Below are positions 25,438 to 39,593 of a stretch of DNA of 64,000 nucleotides, piece by piece (within the stretch, counting starts at the first letter, position 1; each line of letters opens with the position of its first letter). The notes under the pieces are model-generated. The model worked only from the letters and a program-made list of their open reading frames with translations, did not search any database and was not told the origin of the DNA. A program made the translations under genes and the position numbers. This DNA is from Octopus vulgaris. Its lineage: Eukaryota. The stretch is taken from the NCBI GenBank assembly GCA_951406725.2, contig OX597824.1:11532001-11596000 (forward strand), in the 5' to 3' direction.

Positions 25438-26276
25438 CTGTAGCAAAAACATGTAAATATGACTACACAGAAGGCCATCATGCAGGGTGAATACACTGGA
25501 GCCTTAATAAGAAAAACTAAGGGGTGGGTGAAAAAGGCAAGGCAAAATAACATGCAAGATATTTTAAAGAAACACGCAAGAAGGTTTTTTTTTTTTTTCA
25601 GTCTCTCTCACTCATCCGGTCTCTACCATAAAAAGAAAATAAATTGATCACCTTTAATTTCAATTCTTAAATGACTTTACAAGGACTAATCTTAAGATGA
25701 GCCTTAAAGGCAAAATGAAACCATACCTGACTACTCTATTGATAATAAACGAATCATGAAAAAACATGTATGCTCTTTTTTCTCTCTCTCCATTTTTTCA
25801 CCCTTCAATAAGAATTTCTCAACAGAAAACAGGAGAAAAAAAAAACAAGAAAAAACTTGAGTATATACACTCACACTCACTCGCTCTCTCTTTCTGTACC
25901 ATTATGAGACAACTTCCAGCTAACACCTATGTTTCTTTTTTAGCCATCTCTGATATATTAAGTTTATCAACATTCTGTTTTAATTCTACACCAGCAACAC
26001 TACTATCACCTTTACACATATTAGCTGATTCTTCTATTGTTCTGCTTCCCCTAATGCTGCCTTACCCTTAATCCTCCTCTCAAATTCACATTAATCCGTT
26101 ATCATTCCACTGGATTAGAAACAGCTTCATCCCTCTCCAGCTACTACAAAACTTCCATGTTCTACACTGACATTCTTGGAAAATGTCATCAGCATTTTGC
26201 CAAACCTGTGACAGATTCAGTTAGGAGAGGGGAAAAAAATCATTTTTACAATCAAAAATGTTAACATTTCCCTTAC

Positions 26277-26339
26277 CTAGTTCCACAGCCATTCCAGAAT
26301 TCAAATACATGTTTGTTGAACTATTTTGTACATAACACA

Positions 26340-26373
<34 letters not shown>

Positions 26374-26656
26374 GGTATTTGATTTGTGTAACATAATGCA
26401 ATAAAGTGTTCCCTTGTCGATCTGTTATGGTTCAACATCCAATGCAGATATTGCAAATAGCCACAATGGTGAAATGTATGTAAGGAACAAATGATCTCAA
26501 CATGTGTTGATCATAATTTCTCCAACATTTCCTCTGTATATCACAACCAGTAATAGTGCTAAGTACAGTAGTAACCACACCACTACACTGGAAGCAGATT
26601 GGATGATGATGTACCACAAAGAGCTCTTAACTTTCCAGTAGCAGTTGCACATCCAA
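26277..26656 (-). CDS. Candidate exon; phase 2 frame encodes 52 aa with a hydrophobic segment, stop at 26497-26499
   Basis: Acceptor gttcttgtgtctacag|T; strong donor CTAG|gtaagg at 26277. Confidence 0.3.
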
Positions 26657-26673
26657 CTGTAGACACAAGAACA

Positions 26674-26720
<47 letters not shown>

Positions 26721-26722
<2 letters not shown>

Positions 26723-26967
26723 AATTAGAGATAAGACCACTATTAGGCAAATCAAGCAGTGAAAATCATAAACCAATACATAGAAATAAAATTAATCAAT
26801 AAAAAATATATAAAATTCAAAATTTAAAATATTTAAATTAAAGTTAAAATTTTTTTAAATTTTTAATAAAAATTTTATATATTTTTTATTAATTAATTTT
26901 ATTTCTATGTATTGGTTTATGATTTTCACTGTTTGATTTGCCTAATAGTGGTTTTATCTCTAATTTA
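26721..26967. repeat. ~250 bp AT-rich palindrome
   Basis: TAAATTAGAGATAAGACCACTATTAGGCAAATCAAGCAGTGAAAATC... is mirrored by ...GATTTTCACTGTTTGATTTGCCTAATAGTGGTTTTATCTCTAATTTA. Confidence 0.85.
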
Positions 26968-27048
26968 ATATAGATATATATTTATACTATAAAATTAGAT
27001 TTAGGATTAAATCTAATTTTTCCCTGTAAGTTTGGATTTACTCCCTAA

Positions 27049-27082
<34 letters not shown>

Positions 27083-27088
27083 TACACA

Positions 27089-28310
27089 CAGGGTGTTCAG
27101 GTTAAATCTGATGAGTTTATTTTTATGCATTCCTTTTTCAGAAACAGCTTGATGTGTTGGTGAACAACCTTGTTGGAGAACATAAAAATTGAAGTTATAG
27201 TTGAGAAAAAGTTAGCTGACATGGAGGACTAGAAGCCATCTGAATACTGGGAAAGATTTATCTACATCATGATGATTTGGGTTGAGTATCAAAATGTCAA
27301 TGTCATGACTGCTGCCCAATGCTCTGTAAACACTAAAGTCTATTGGATTTGACACAGATATTATGGAAAACAAGTTCACCAAAACCTTATGACCTTTGGG
27401 TGTGTCTCTAGTGACAGTGACGTCAAGCTGACTCACATCTTTGAACAGGGCCTTAAGTGCAATTCAGACAGTTATGTGAAGCTGCTGAAGACTGTGGTCA
27501 ATCCCTGACTAGAGAGGGTTGCTTTTAAAAGGCCATATGTGTGGAAGAATGTTTGGCTCCTTGCCACGCCCCTGGAAAGAGTTAGAAGTGATTCAGTTCT
27601 ATATTTAAGAGATGAGGAATTATGTACATTATTTACATTTGACAGATATTTGTCCTCATCTTGTTTGTTGTTAACACAATGTTTCAGCTGATATAACCTT
27701 CGGCTTTCATCAGGTGTCTTGGGGAAATTTTGAACCTGGGTTCTCATTTCTAAGGTATTTTTTGATATTATTATTAATATTATTATTATTATTATTATTC
27801 AGGTCACTGCCTGGAATCAAACTTGGAATCTTTGGGTTAGTAGCCTGCGCTCTTAACCACTATGTCATATGCCCAAAAAATACCTTAGGAATGAGAACCC
27901 AAGTTCAAAATTTTTCCAAGACACCTGATGAAGGCTGGAGGGTATATCAGCCAAAATGTTAACAACAAACAAGATGAGGACAAATATCCGTCAAATGTAA
28001 ATAATATTAGAAGTGGTTGTCGGAGAATTTCTATGACTTCACCAGCCCCAAATTCTGGTCTCCTAATTCCCCAATTTTAACCCCATAGATTACTATGTAT
28101 GGGGCATGCTTGAGAAAGACATCAACTGCTCTGCCTACAACATCAAGGCAGAGTAAGTGGCCAAGATCAAGGAGATGTTCAAAGATCTTCCTAGGGACAC
28201 AGTAAGGAATGCATGCACCAAGTTCCAGAGCCAACTTGAGGTTCTGGTGGAAGCTGAGGACAACCACTTGGAGTAAACTGTTATCTCCCACTCATAATCT
28301 AGTTGTTATT
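27089..28310 (+). mobile_element. Decayed Tc1/mariner transposon (DD37D/maT-like transposase pseudogene), interrupted by a retroelement
   Basis: CAGGGTG 5' end; broken frames give MTFGCVSSDSDVKLTHIFEQGL..., ...APCH..., WLSENFYDFTSPKFWSPNSP / FNPIDYYVWGMLEK, matching the WPPNSPDLNPLDY motif. Confidence 0.8.
27591..28006 (-). mobile_element. Second copy of the tRNA-headed hammerhead-bearing element, with inverted arm
   Basis: 9-bp TSD TTAGAAGTG at 27582-27590 and 28007-28015; tRNA head at 27800-27873; hammerhead motifs at 27673-27718(-) and 27920-27960(+). Confidence 0.8.
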
Positions 28311-30859
28311 GTTTAATTTTCATCTCCTGTAACTTTGGATCAAACTTGTATCTCAAATAGTTTCACTCGGCTATTTTGTATTCTCTGTAGCCTAAAAGAA
28401 TATCTATCCTTAGTAAAAAAAAGTACAGTTTCTATGATCTACAACCATGAACCAACCACCAATTCACTCAGTGCATGACCTAGTATGATTTTCAATGGGA
28501 AAAAAAAAAAAAAAATCAAATAAGATTAGTGATTAGAGACCACCATAGATAGATTGCAACTGATACTGTATTTTTGAAATTGCATTTGATTCGTATTCCG
28601 ATATCAAATTATATGTAGCATCTTTACAAAACAACAAATAACACATTTACTCATGAAGACTAGTAGTAATTAGTTAAAGTAAACATGTTGATTTACATAA
28701 TACTGTATAATAGTGACTTTTCGTAGTTAGAAAAAAAAATCAATATGTGCGTGAAGTAGCAATAGATTTTTATTTGCCATTCCTAACATGTCAGCATCCT
28801 AATTTTACAAGATATTGTCTGTCCATCAAGAATTAAAAATGTAACATTAGAAAAGTGTTACGGAGGGGGAAAAAATATTACAGAATATATGTGATACTAA
28901 TAAGATATTTTTTAAATAAGCAAGACAGAGGGAAAGGCTGTTGATAAATGACAGAGTTGGGTTAAATACTTTTAATATTACAAGTTAACCTATTTCTTAA
29001 TATGACAAGTTAAACTGCTTTTAATATCTAGCAATGATATAGCAGTAAACAGCCAGAAAACAAAGCAACAGATAAAATGCCTTGTGATAGCTATGGTGCT
29101 GTACATTCAGAGTTCAAATCCTAATGGGATCAACTTCGTCTTTCATCCTTCTGACTAAGTACCAGGGGAGAAGAGTGATACAATCGAACAAGTATACCTC
29201 TCCAAATTTAAGACCATATGCCTATGTTAGAAATCAATATCTAGCAATCACTTTTATGGAGATACATTAAATCAAAGGATAATTTAAACCAAGTTGAACA
29301 TGACCAAACTCCTGATAAATATTGCAATATAAAATGAGTCACACAGACAATAACTTTATCAAACTCTATTTTACACAGATGGTCTAGTTCAGTAAAATTG
29401 TCATGAAACCAGACTATGAGTTACATACATGGTCTAAATTATTAGTTTTATGAAACCAATGACAACAATCTATATAGATGATCTAAATTCAGTATCTTTA
29501 CTATTAAAGCAAGGAATATGAAAATTATGTGTTCAATAATATTCACTCTTAAATATATACACACACACACAAAATATAAATATATATACACATATATATA
29601 GTAAAGGTGACTCATTTGCAATTTACAACCAAGAGGCAGAAATAGTGACGTCACTAAAGTGACTAAGGGTACAATGTTTTTTGGGATTATGAAGGGCAAA
29701 ATCAGGAAAAAAGGTGAAAATTTTTTTGGTTAAAATTCTGGTGACGAGGATTAACTCTGGATCCCCCCCTCCGTATAGTTCATGAATATAGAGGGTTTAG
29801 ATTTGCAATATTATCCCTTTATTTCCCATCATAGATGGGCAGATTCCTAAAAATTCTGCTTGTGCATTCACCGCAAACAAGGCACAGGGCTAGGCTTCAG
29901 ATTGTGAAGGTATATTTTTACCCATTCCAATGTTTACACACGGTCAGTTATACGTTGCTATGAGTAGAGTAACAGACTCAAGCAATTTGAAAACTAGTGT
30001 CGACCAAACAGAAAATATCGTCTACAAGTAGTTTCGTAATCATATTGATATTATCGAAAGGAATTGGACTCATAATTCAAATAAGAAAATTTGTGAATTT
30101 TGAATGTATAAGAGTATAAGCAAGCATAAAATAGTGTAAACAACTAAAATAAAAGTATATCTAAATAACATTTTTTTTTCTTAATACTTTTTATGTAGTG
30201 GTTGAAGGAAGATCTGACTTTCGTTAGGAGAGGTTCACATAACCATTCATAATACAGAGGTTGGAGCCTATTTTAGTTCGGAAGTGAATCGTCATCACAT
30301 ATCACTTAGTCGCAAACATGTCATATAGCTGCAACAGAATGCTGTATCACCAACAATAATGTGATTTCTCTAAGACATCACCCAGTAATCTATCAAATCC
30401 ATTTACACATTTCTCAATACATACTGCTGTTATGACTTCCCTCCCTCATTTTATGCCTCCATCGTAGATGGGTAGATTTGTTAGTCATACTAATTGCATT
30501 ATAATTACTAACTTTGATGCAAGGTTTCAAAATTGTAAGGGTGGGAGTATAGGAGATTGAATCAACAACATCTGTACATAGCTAGCAATTACGAAGTAGG
30601 AGCGTTAAGCAGTGATATGTATTTGAATAGGTAATAACATTGCATATATAACAATGTAGTTCAAGATATGCAATAACCAACAGAAGATGGGATGGTCATA
30701 GTTGGAATGCCTATACTGGTATTTATTTCCTCCAGCTAGCAGGATAAAACACAATGTCAAACTCACAGAAGTTTTAACTCAAAACAAAGTGCCATAATAC
30801 AAACACATTTAAAATAATATATGTTCCTTAGCATTTCTGCCACTCTTGTATAAAATAAG

Positions 30860-31870
30860 AATAATCCTTTTTACTATAAGTACAAGGCCTGAAATTTGAG
30901 GGGAAGGGGCTAGTTGATTACTTATTTCCTGAATCCAAAAGGATGAAAGGCAATGTCGATCTCAGTAGAATTTGAACTGAGAACATGTAGATAGAGAAAC
31001 TGCTACTAAGCATTTTGTCCAGCATGCTAACGATTTAGCCAATTTGCCACCTTAATAATAATTCTTTCTACCATAGGCACAAGGCCCGATTATATTGACC
31101 CCCAGTGCTCAACTGGTACTTGTTTTATTGACCACAAATGAGAGGCAGAGTCAGCTTTGGTAGAATTTGAACTCAGAATGTGAAGAGGCAGTAAAAATAC
31201 TGCAAAGTATTTTGCTCAATGTGCTAATGATTCTACCAGTTTGCAGTCTTAATTACAATAATTCTTTCTAATTTTGGTACAAGGCCAGCAATTTTCAAGG
31301 CAGAGGGCAAATCTATTACATTGACCTCAGTATTTTGCTGGTACTTTATTTTATCAATCCTGAAAGGATGAAAGGCAAAGTCATCTTTAGCAGAATTTAA
31401 ACTTAGAACAAAGTGCAGGAGGAGATACTGCTTAGCATTTTGTCTGATACGGCAACATTTCTGCAAGCTTGTTGTGATAATAATAATAATAATATTAATA
31501 ATAATAATAATGGTTTAAAATTTTGGAACAAGGTCAACAATTTCAGGAGGATTTAAGTCGATTACATTGACCCCACCCCAATGTTCAATTGATACTTATT
31601 TTATTAATCCCGGAAGGATGAAAGGCAAAAATCGACCCCAGCAGAATTTGAACTTGAACATAAAGATGGACGAAATATCACTAAGCATTTTGCCTGGTGC
31701 AGTAACAATTTTGCCAGCTCACCACCTTAATACTAACTTCTAACATAGGTACATGACAACAAATTTTAATTTAAGGTTGTAATCAAATTAGATTATGTAC
31801 AACACTTCATTGGTGTTTATTTTATCAACCTTGGAAATATGAATGATAAAGTCAACTCGGACAAGTTCTA
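30860..31870 (-). mobile_element. Head-to-tail array of about five degenerate Meta-type SINEs
   Basis: Repeated ACAAGGCC...AAAGGATGAAAGGCAAAGTC...ATTTGAACT...CTAAGCATTTTG units. Confidence 0.75.
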
Positions 31871-32731
31871 CATAAATGAATGCAGCTAAATTCTGCACTG
31901 AATTTTGTTCAATTACTGCGAATTATAATAACAATAATGATTTAAAGTATGCATTTAGGTGCAGATATGGTTGTGTGGTTAAGAAGCTTGCTTTGCAACC
32001 ACACAGTTTTGAGTTCAATCTCATTGTGTGGCACCTTGGACAGATGTCTTCTGCTATAGCCCTGGTGCAACCAATGCCTTTGTGTGTGAATTTACTTGAC
32101 AGAAACTGGAAGGAACCCTGTTGCATGTATAAGTGTGTGTGTGTGTGTGTGTGCATATGTCCCCCCAAGACTGGTTAACAAACAGTGTTGGTTTGTTTAG
32201 AGCCCTATAACTTAGCAGTTCAGCAAAAGAAACTGACAAAAAGTACCAAACTTAAAAATAAGTACTGGAGTTGATTTGATCAACTAAACCCTTCAAGGTA
32301 GTGTCCCTGCATGACTGCAGTCCAATGACTAAAACAGATTAAAGATAAAAGCACAGGCAAAGCTGTGTGGTAAGAAGTTTGCTTCCCAAGCACATGGTTC
32401 CAGGTTCAGTCCCACCGCATGGCACCTTGGGCAAGTGTCTTCTACTACAGCCTTGGACCGACCAAAGCCGTGTGAATGGATTTGGTGGTGGTGGTAGGGG
32501 GGAAACTGAAAGAAGCCTATCATATATATGGGTGCGTGTGTCTTTGAATGTCAAGTAGTTGTGGGGGACAAACACTGATACAGTGTTGGTGTGTTTACGT
32601 CCTTGTAACTTAGCAGTTCAGCAAAGTACCAGGCTTAAAAAAAAAATGTACTGGGGTAGATTCACTTCTAAAAATTCAAGGCAGTGCCCTAGCATGGCCA
32701 CAATCTGACTGAAACAAGTAAAAGATAAAAG

Positions 32732-32768
<37 letters not shown>

Positions 32769-33559
32769 ATAGAAATAAATTTGACATTGATGAAATTTTC
32801 GAAAGTTATGATTGAAAACAATTTCATCAATAAGTAGAAAGTGTGTGTATATATTATTCATGTTTATAGAATATATTCAACACAGAAGTTCATTGCTTTA
32901 TAATCACATCGACATAATAGCATGATATTAACAACAAGCCACATCAAATGTGCAATGTTTACAATGGTTAGATGAAACAATACAGACACAACAACTAATA
33001 GTGATATTAAAATATTGATTTCAAACATTGGGAGACAGCCACAATTGGGGTTTTTTTTTTTTTTAGTTTTTCTTTTTGGCAGGTGGGGGAGTATAATAGA
33101 TTATATCAACACAGTACTTGACTGGTAATTTATCTTATTGATCCCAGAAGGATAAAAGGTAAAGTTGACCTTGGCAGGGTTTTAACGAGGAACAAAAAGG
33201 GCTGTAACTAAATACAAATACCACAAGGCATTTTGCCCGACAAAAAAACAAAACAATTCTGCCAAAATCCTGCCCGAGAAAAGAAAATATTGAGACTGAA
33301 TGGAACATTGACATTGTTGTAAGGTCTACTTTTCCATGCTTGCAATGGGTCAGGCAGAGGTTGTTGAAGATTTTTTAATGGCTGGACGCTCTTCCTGTCA
33401 TCAACCCTCACCTGTTTCCAAGCAAGGTAATATTACTCCATAGCCAGTCATGTTTTCATGGCAGGTTGGAAATGGGGAATACTACATGTATAATGGTGAC
33501 ACTCATTTACAACTACCATACAATGTCAAGACATGGAGACACAGAGGAGGAGGAAGAGG

Positions 33560-33812
33560 AGACCCTCTTCAGTCATGAATGATAAATGGGATTGCACCTA
33601 GAAAGTTACCTTCTGAGGAACAAGTCAGGGCAAGATTGTCTGTGGAAGGCTAGCAGTCACCCATGCATACCAGCCTACATTCACCACACCGCTGATGTTA
33701 TCCAAAAGAAAGGCAAAGGCCGATACAGCTTGGCACCAGTGATGTCTCAACTCATTTCTACAGCTGAGTGAACTGGAACAACGTGAAATGAAGTGTCTTG
33801 CTCAAAAACACA
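33560..33812 (-). mobile_element. SINE fragment with a CORE-like centre and a distinct, probably RTE-related tail
   Basis: Minus strand TTGAGCAAGACACTTCATTTCACGTTGTTCCAGTTCACTCAGCTGTAGAAATGAGT followed by a different 3' region ending ...TCATGACTGAAGAGGGTC. Confidence 0.5.
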
Positions 33813-35105
33813 AATACACACATATATACATATGAATATACACATCCACACACACGAACATGCACAAAGAGTTTCTTTCAGTTTCCATCTACCAAAACCA
33901 AGACTTTGGCTATAATACAAGATATTTGCCCAGTGTTCCATGCAGCAGAATTACAAAAACCATGTGGTTGAGAAAAACTTCTCAACCACACATTTTTTTT
34001 TGGCTCTTTAGTCTGAAAGCTGTAGGAGAGCAGAAGTGTTCCCTTGGATAAGAAGCCAACCTCTTATGTGAAGAGTTGCGAGTTTCTTTCATAACAGAGT
34101 GAATAGAATGCCAAAGATACCAAAAGAGATGCATGACAAAAAGAGCAAGTTAAAAGAGCTGGTGGGGAGTGAGAGTAATGAGTTTGACATATAGATTAAT
34201 GGTTAAGGTGGCGAGCTGGCAGAAACGTTAGCGCACCGGGTGAAATGCTTAGCGGTATTTCGTCTGTCGTTACATTCTGAGTTCAAGTTCCGTCGAGGTC
34301 GACTTTGCCTTTCATCCTTTCGGGGTCGATAAATAAAGTACCAGTTTCGCACTGGGGTCGATGTAATTGACTTATTCCCTTTGTCTGTCCTTGTTTGTCC
34401 CCTATACGTTTAGCCCCTTGTGGGCAGTAAAGAAATATTTAGATTAATGGTTTATGGTAACAGGTTTGAATGACGACACACAGGAAAAATTGATGCACAC
34501 CAAACAAACTGATTATCTTGAAAAATAGTGATACCACATGTAGGCTTACAACTAAGATGGGAAATAAAGAAGAGTAAGAGGGTGATTGTGAGTCCAATGT
34601 AGATAAATAGTGTGTGTATGGAAAGCTAGAAAGAGATAGAAAGAGAGAGAGAGGAAAAGGCAGATGTGAAGTTTATGAACATTGAACATATGAAAAAGTT
34701 TCAATAAACAGATTATTTTAAACTTTCACTAAAACTATAAGAAGTAATACTGAATTACTTCCAAGTAGTAAGCTACTTAATATTTTTATTATCACTGTCA
34801 TAGCATTAAAGCCTTTGTCTTGGTATTTTCTTGTGTCGCATTCCTAGCAACAACATCAGTTAATTCCTCTCCAGACTTTCATTAGACTAATAGTTATACC
34901 GTCAGGTTTACACAGAGATTTTATTTTATATAAGAATATAAAAACATCATTGAAAGTGAAGTGCTGACTATGTCGACAAACTAGGAGGCTGTGTGTATAG
35001 GACTACTAATCCATATTTCTTGAATTTGAGACAAAACCCATTTACACAAAAGAAAGTGCATTATAATTTGTTTAAACTTAGACTTACTATATAACAAAAT
35101 ATTAC

Positions 35106-35403
35106 TTAAAACTCGCTGTATCGTAGTATATGTAGTTTGTGATAGGAAGAACATCCAGTCGTAAGAGTCACATCAGTAAGGAAAGAACAAATGGACATGA
35201 TGCTGGATAGAGGAGATTCTCGAGTTTTGTCAGGAACAACCTTTCTAGTGCTGATGGCTCTATACAATGCATCTATTTGACATTGTAAAGTATCCAGCAT
35301 GGAAACCATGCCAAAATTATTAAGATATGCAACAGAGTTTGCCAGTTTTTCTCTATTCGGTGTCTGCCACATGATGAAGGTAGCAAGTGAGATGCTGCTA
35401 CAT
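35106..35403 (-). CDS. Candidate alternative terminal exon, phase 2, 98 aa (R)CSSISLATFIMWQTPNREKLANSVAY...LRYSEF*
   Basis: U-rich tract with ctaat branch-like motif, AGs at 35414-15 and 35404-05; long non-repetitive ORF in AT-rich DNA. Confidence 0.3.
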
Positions 35404-37803
35404 CTGTCCAACTCTTACCAGCATAAAAAAAACAAAACAAATTAGAATGATGAAACTCACTCCCACCCTTATGTAATGTAAGGTAGCCATGCATCTTCTA
35501 TATTGCAAGACACCTGTGTTTGTCCTTCTGTCATACTTAGCCCCTTCAACACCTGGCAGAAAGCCATGCCCCTCCTCTCAAAAAATCCCCACCACTACCA
35601 CATGTACTTTTTTGAAGGGGCATTTTTCTGTTCATTTTCTGTCTTGCAAGTTACTTGGCAACCATACCAGAGTCAGTGACAGAAAAAAGAAGTCCTCAGT
35701 ACACACTTAAGTGGTTGGCATTAGGAAGGGCATCCAGCTGTGGAAAACATACCAAAGCTGACACTAGAGTTCGACACAGCCCAGCAGGCTTGCCGGATCC
35801 CATCAAAATGTCCAACTTATGCCAGCCTGGAAAATGGATGATATATAAAAACTTGTATATATCATTTATATAAGGATTTTATTTTGTAGTTATTGAAATG
35901 AGAATGCATCAGATGACCAGGAATGCTTCTGACAAGGAATTCAAATGGGTCTGTAGCTGCACAGTTTGTTCTTGTCAGCTTCTCAAACTGGTACATCATC
36001 ATCATCATCATCTGCAGCTGTAAGTATACTATTGAGCATTCCTAAGATATACATGAAAGAAAAAAGTAGAAAGAAATTCAGAGATATATTCTGACACAGT
36101 GATTCTCAAACACCATGCATTGATCAGTATTGTGAGGGAATATGTAGATAGTGATAGTATACAGCATGCCAATCCATCAACAATTACTAAGCGGAATAAA
36201 CTATAGCCTTGAAAAAGAGAAGAAAAAAAAAATAAACAAAAGTGAACTGACAATATGACAAGAACAACAGAACAAAAATAAAAATCATCTGAATACTAAA
36301 AAGCTTTTCAAAGACACCAAATGCCAGAAAAATAACAAATATTCCCAATGGAAGCGTTTACTGTTTTATTCTATCTACAACCTAAATCCCAGACTGTCAA
36401 CATGAAAATGCTGTTGGCAAAATTGTCATTTGTATTAATGTTATTCTTGCATCGTTCTGCATAGTTCTGAAAAAGTGTTTTACTGTCTCTCTCAGATTAG
36501 AATATTCCAGAGTAGTAATAATGGTTTTGATTTTGACTTATTCACACACACACACACATACTGTTTCCTTTCTCTTCCTTCTATAGCGACTACGTAAAAA
36601 TATGTTTCTCTGAATTATCATTAAACCATCTCGACTCAAGCTCATCTATCTATCTCTCCTGCTTCCATCGTCTTCATTGTCTGAGTACTCAAACATCCAC
36701 AACTCTGAATCTGCCCATTTCTCTATACACGTTTATTTCTTTACTACACGTTTATTTCTTTACTACAGAGAGGACAAACAAGGACAGACAAATGGATTAA
36801 GTCGATTACATCGACCCCAGTGCGTAACTGGTACTTATTTAATCAACCTCGAAAGGATGAAAGGCAAAGTTGACCTCGGCGGAATTTCAACTCAGAATGT
36901 AGTGGCAGATGAAATACCGACAAGCATTTTGCCCGGCGTGCTAACGTCTCTGCCAGCTCGCCACCTTTTCTCTATACACATTACCTACAGATATAAGAGC
37001 TGAATGACAAACCTAAAAAGGGGCTTATAATGATCATGGATACTCAACCGCTTTTGCTTATTTTATAAAATAGTTAAATGTAACAGTAAAGATATCATCT
37101 TTATAGTTTTTAACTGGTTATATATTCTACCATCTTTAGGTATAATGATACCTGTACACATACTCTTGGACTCAGAGATATTTCTACCACAGGGACCATG
37201 GCATCATGGATAACAAGAATATTCAGCATTCTAAGATCTAAATATTAGTTCCAAGTTTAATCCTGAAAAAAGTGTGAGTATTTTTGGATGTGAGAGGGAT
37301 GCTTGTTGCCCAATCATGTTGTCTCAGGTTCAATCCCACTGTGTGGTACCTTGGGCAAGTGTCTTCAACTAGAGCCTCAGGTCAATGAAAACCTTGTGAA
37401 TGAAGGAAACTGAAAGAAGCCTACTGTGTACATGTGTGTGTGTATGTACCTTTGTCTAGACATTACACGATGGCAGTAAATGAGCATTGCCACCAGCATA
37501 CAAGCAAGGTTCTTCATTTTCAGTGTTCTGTGAAAGAAAAATATATGGTCATAGGGAAGTAGGGCAATGCCCTACTTGGAAACAAGTGATGATTGGCAAC
37601 AAGAAGGGCAGCCAGTCACAGAAAATCTGACACAACAAATTCTGTTTGATCCAGGCAAGCATTGAAAAGTGAACATTAAATGATGAAGAAAATTATATAG
37701 CTATGCCGAAAATGGAATAGACTAGTGACTGTCTAGTAAGGAAGTAACTCCAAATAAGGACTTAGAGCATGGTAACCCCTCCAACTTATACAAGCATACA
37801 ATG

Positions 37804-37845
<42 letters not shown>

Positions 37846-39166
37846 CAATCAAATAAAGTGAAGGAAACACTGTAGCCAGAAACAAGAGATGAGAGATTAA
37901 TAGAACAAAGATAGCTAATAAGAAATAGTGTTCGATAATAACTTCCATCTAAATATATAGATGCAGAATTTTGTAATTTATTTTTTATATAAATAACTAT
38001 AGTAAGAATATCTTTCTGTTGTAGATGGAGACAAATGTCTAAGGACTTAGGAAGAAACCCTTTGAAATTTGAGTATTACTGAGGACTGGCATGATGTACT
38101 AATTCCAAAAGTTGATAAAATTGTGTGGAAGGTCTTACAACATTAGATAAAATGGCGAAGAGCTTAATAAAAAAGCTATGAAACTGCTATAGCTAGAATT
38201 AAGATTCTATTGATATTTTGTGATAAATTACCATTATTAAGCAACTGTCTAACATGTCTAGCCTCACTATCGTATATCAATATCATCATTATCATAGATC
38301 AGTATCAAATTTACTCTGAAATCTCCACTTTATTAAAGCTCTAATGTGTAATGTATAGGAAGATATACATGTGATAGGGAACTACTTCCATTAGCAATTA
38401 TAACTCCCTACTGTTGCTTTGCCAGAAATAACAGTTAAATAACCCTCAAATTATATCTACTGCCTTAACCCTTTCGTTACTGTATTTCTGTTGAGATGCT
38501 CTCTGTTTCTTTCAATTACTTTAAATATAACAAAGAATTTAGTAAAATAACTTAGTTATCATTCAGCTAATGTTAGGAACATAAATTGTGACTAAAGTTT
38601 GGTGGAAGATTTTAATTCAAAACTTATGAAAACAAGAAATTTGTATGATGGAGCCAGAGCCGGTTTCAGCCAGGTTGGTAATGACAGGGTTAAGAAAAGA
38701 AGGCTACATTGAATTAATGTAGGCCTACATATATTTTATATCACAATAACAGATGGAATGGTTACAAAGAGAATATCTTTGACTAAGTTAAGCACAATCA
38801 GGACAAGCCTGGAAGATAAAACAAGTTCTTTGACCTAAATGCCACTCACTATAAAGACAATAAAAACACAAAAGTATTGATCCCAATATGACCCAGTACA
38901 TTGTTCCAAGGTATACAATCTGCTACTTGTGTGTCAAGGGTTTGCTAAATCCTTTAGCATTCATACTACTCTGTCAAATGTAATGCTTATTTATTGACAT
39001 CATTTTGAATTAATCATGCATTATTTTGTGGCTTCGAGGTTCAATGATGTGATAATTTATTTTTAGAAGGACACTGTAGGGTTGGTGTGAGAGGCCGAAT
39101 CTGGCCAGTTAAAACATAAAACAAGTAGAATATTTTAGCATGATATGTCCAGTTTAAATGCTTAGC

Positions 39167-39593
39167 AGATCTTTTCGGTTTGAACGGGAGTTTTTAACAT
39201 AATTTCTAGGTAACTAAAAAATTTTAAACTTCGTATACTGGTAGAATGTGTTTATAAAACATCTTTTTCTCTTGGCTTTATTGAGAAAATTCTATGGTTT
39301 GTAAGATATTTGTTGTTGTTTTTTCTTCAATTTCTGCAATTTCAACCAATCACTGATGTCTATTGAGGTAAAAAACATTCTGTGCCGTATGAATATGTCC
39401 CTCGTTTAAGAAACAGATTGGGTTTATTTACATTTGTGAAGGAAAAAAGATACCCTTCCCCCATCCCTAACCCTAACTAACCCTAACCCTAAAACAGATT
39501 GAAATGCAATAGATCGATACTAGGGTCATAATTATGGGTGACAATTTTATATGACACTGCTAGAAAAAACTGCCGTTCAAACCGAAAAGATCC
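39167..39593. mobile_element. MITE with ~30-bp TIRs and 8-bp TSD (Merlin/MuDR/hAT-type), internal CCCTAA repeats
   Basis: AGATCTTTTCGGTTTGAACGG ... CCGTTCAAACCGAAAAGATCC; TSD TGCTTAGC at 39159-39166 and 39594-39601. Confidence 0.85.

Noticed and set aside
38070-38092. miR-12-like sequence TGAGTATTACTGAGGACTGG
   Set aside because: Only the 5' ten bases match and no convincing precursor hairpin is visible.
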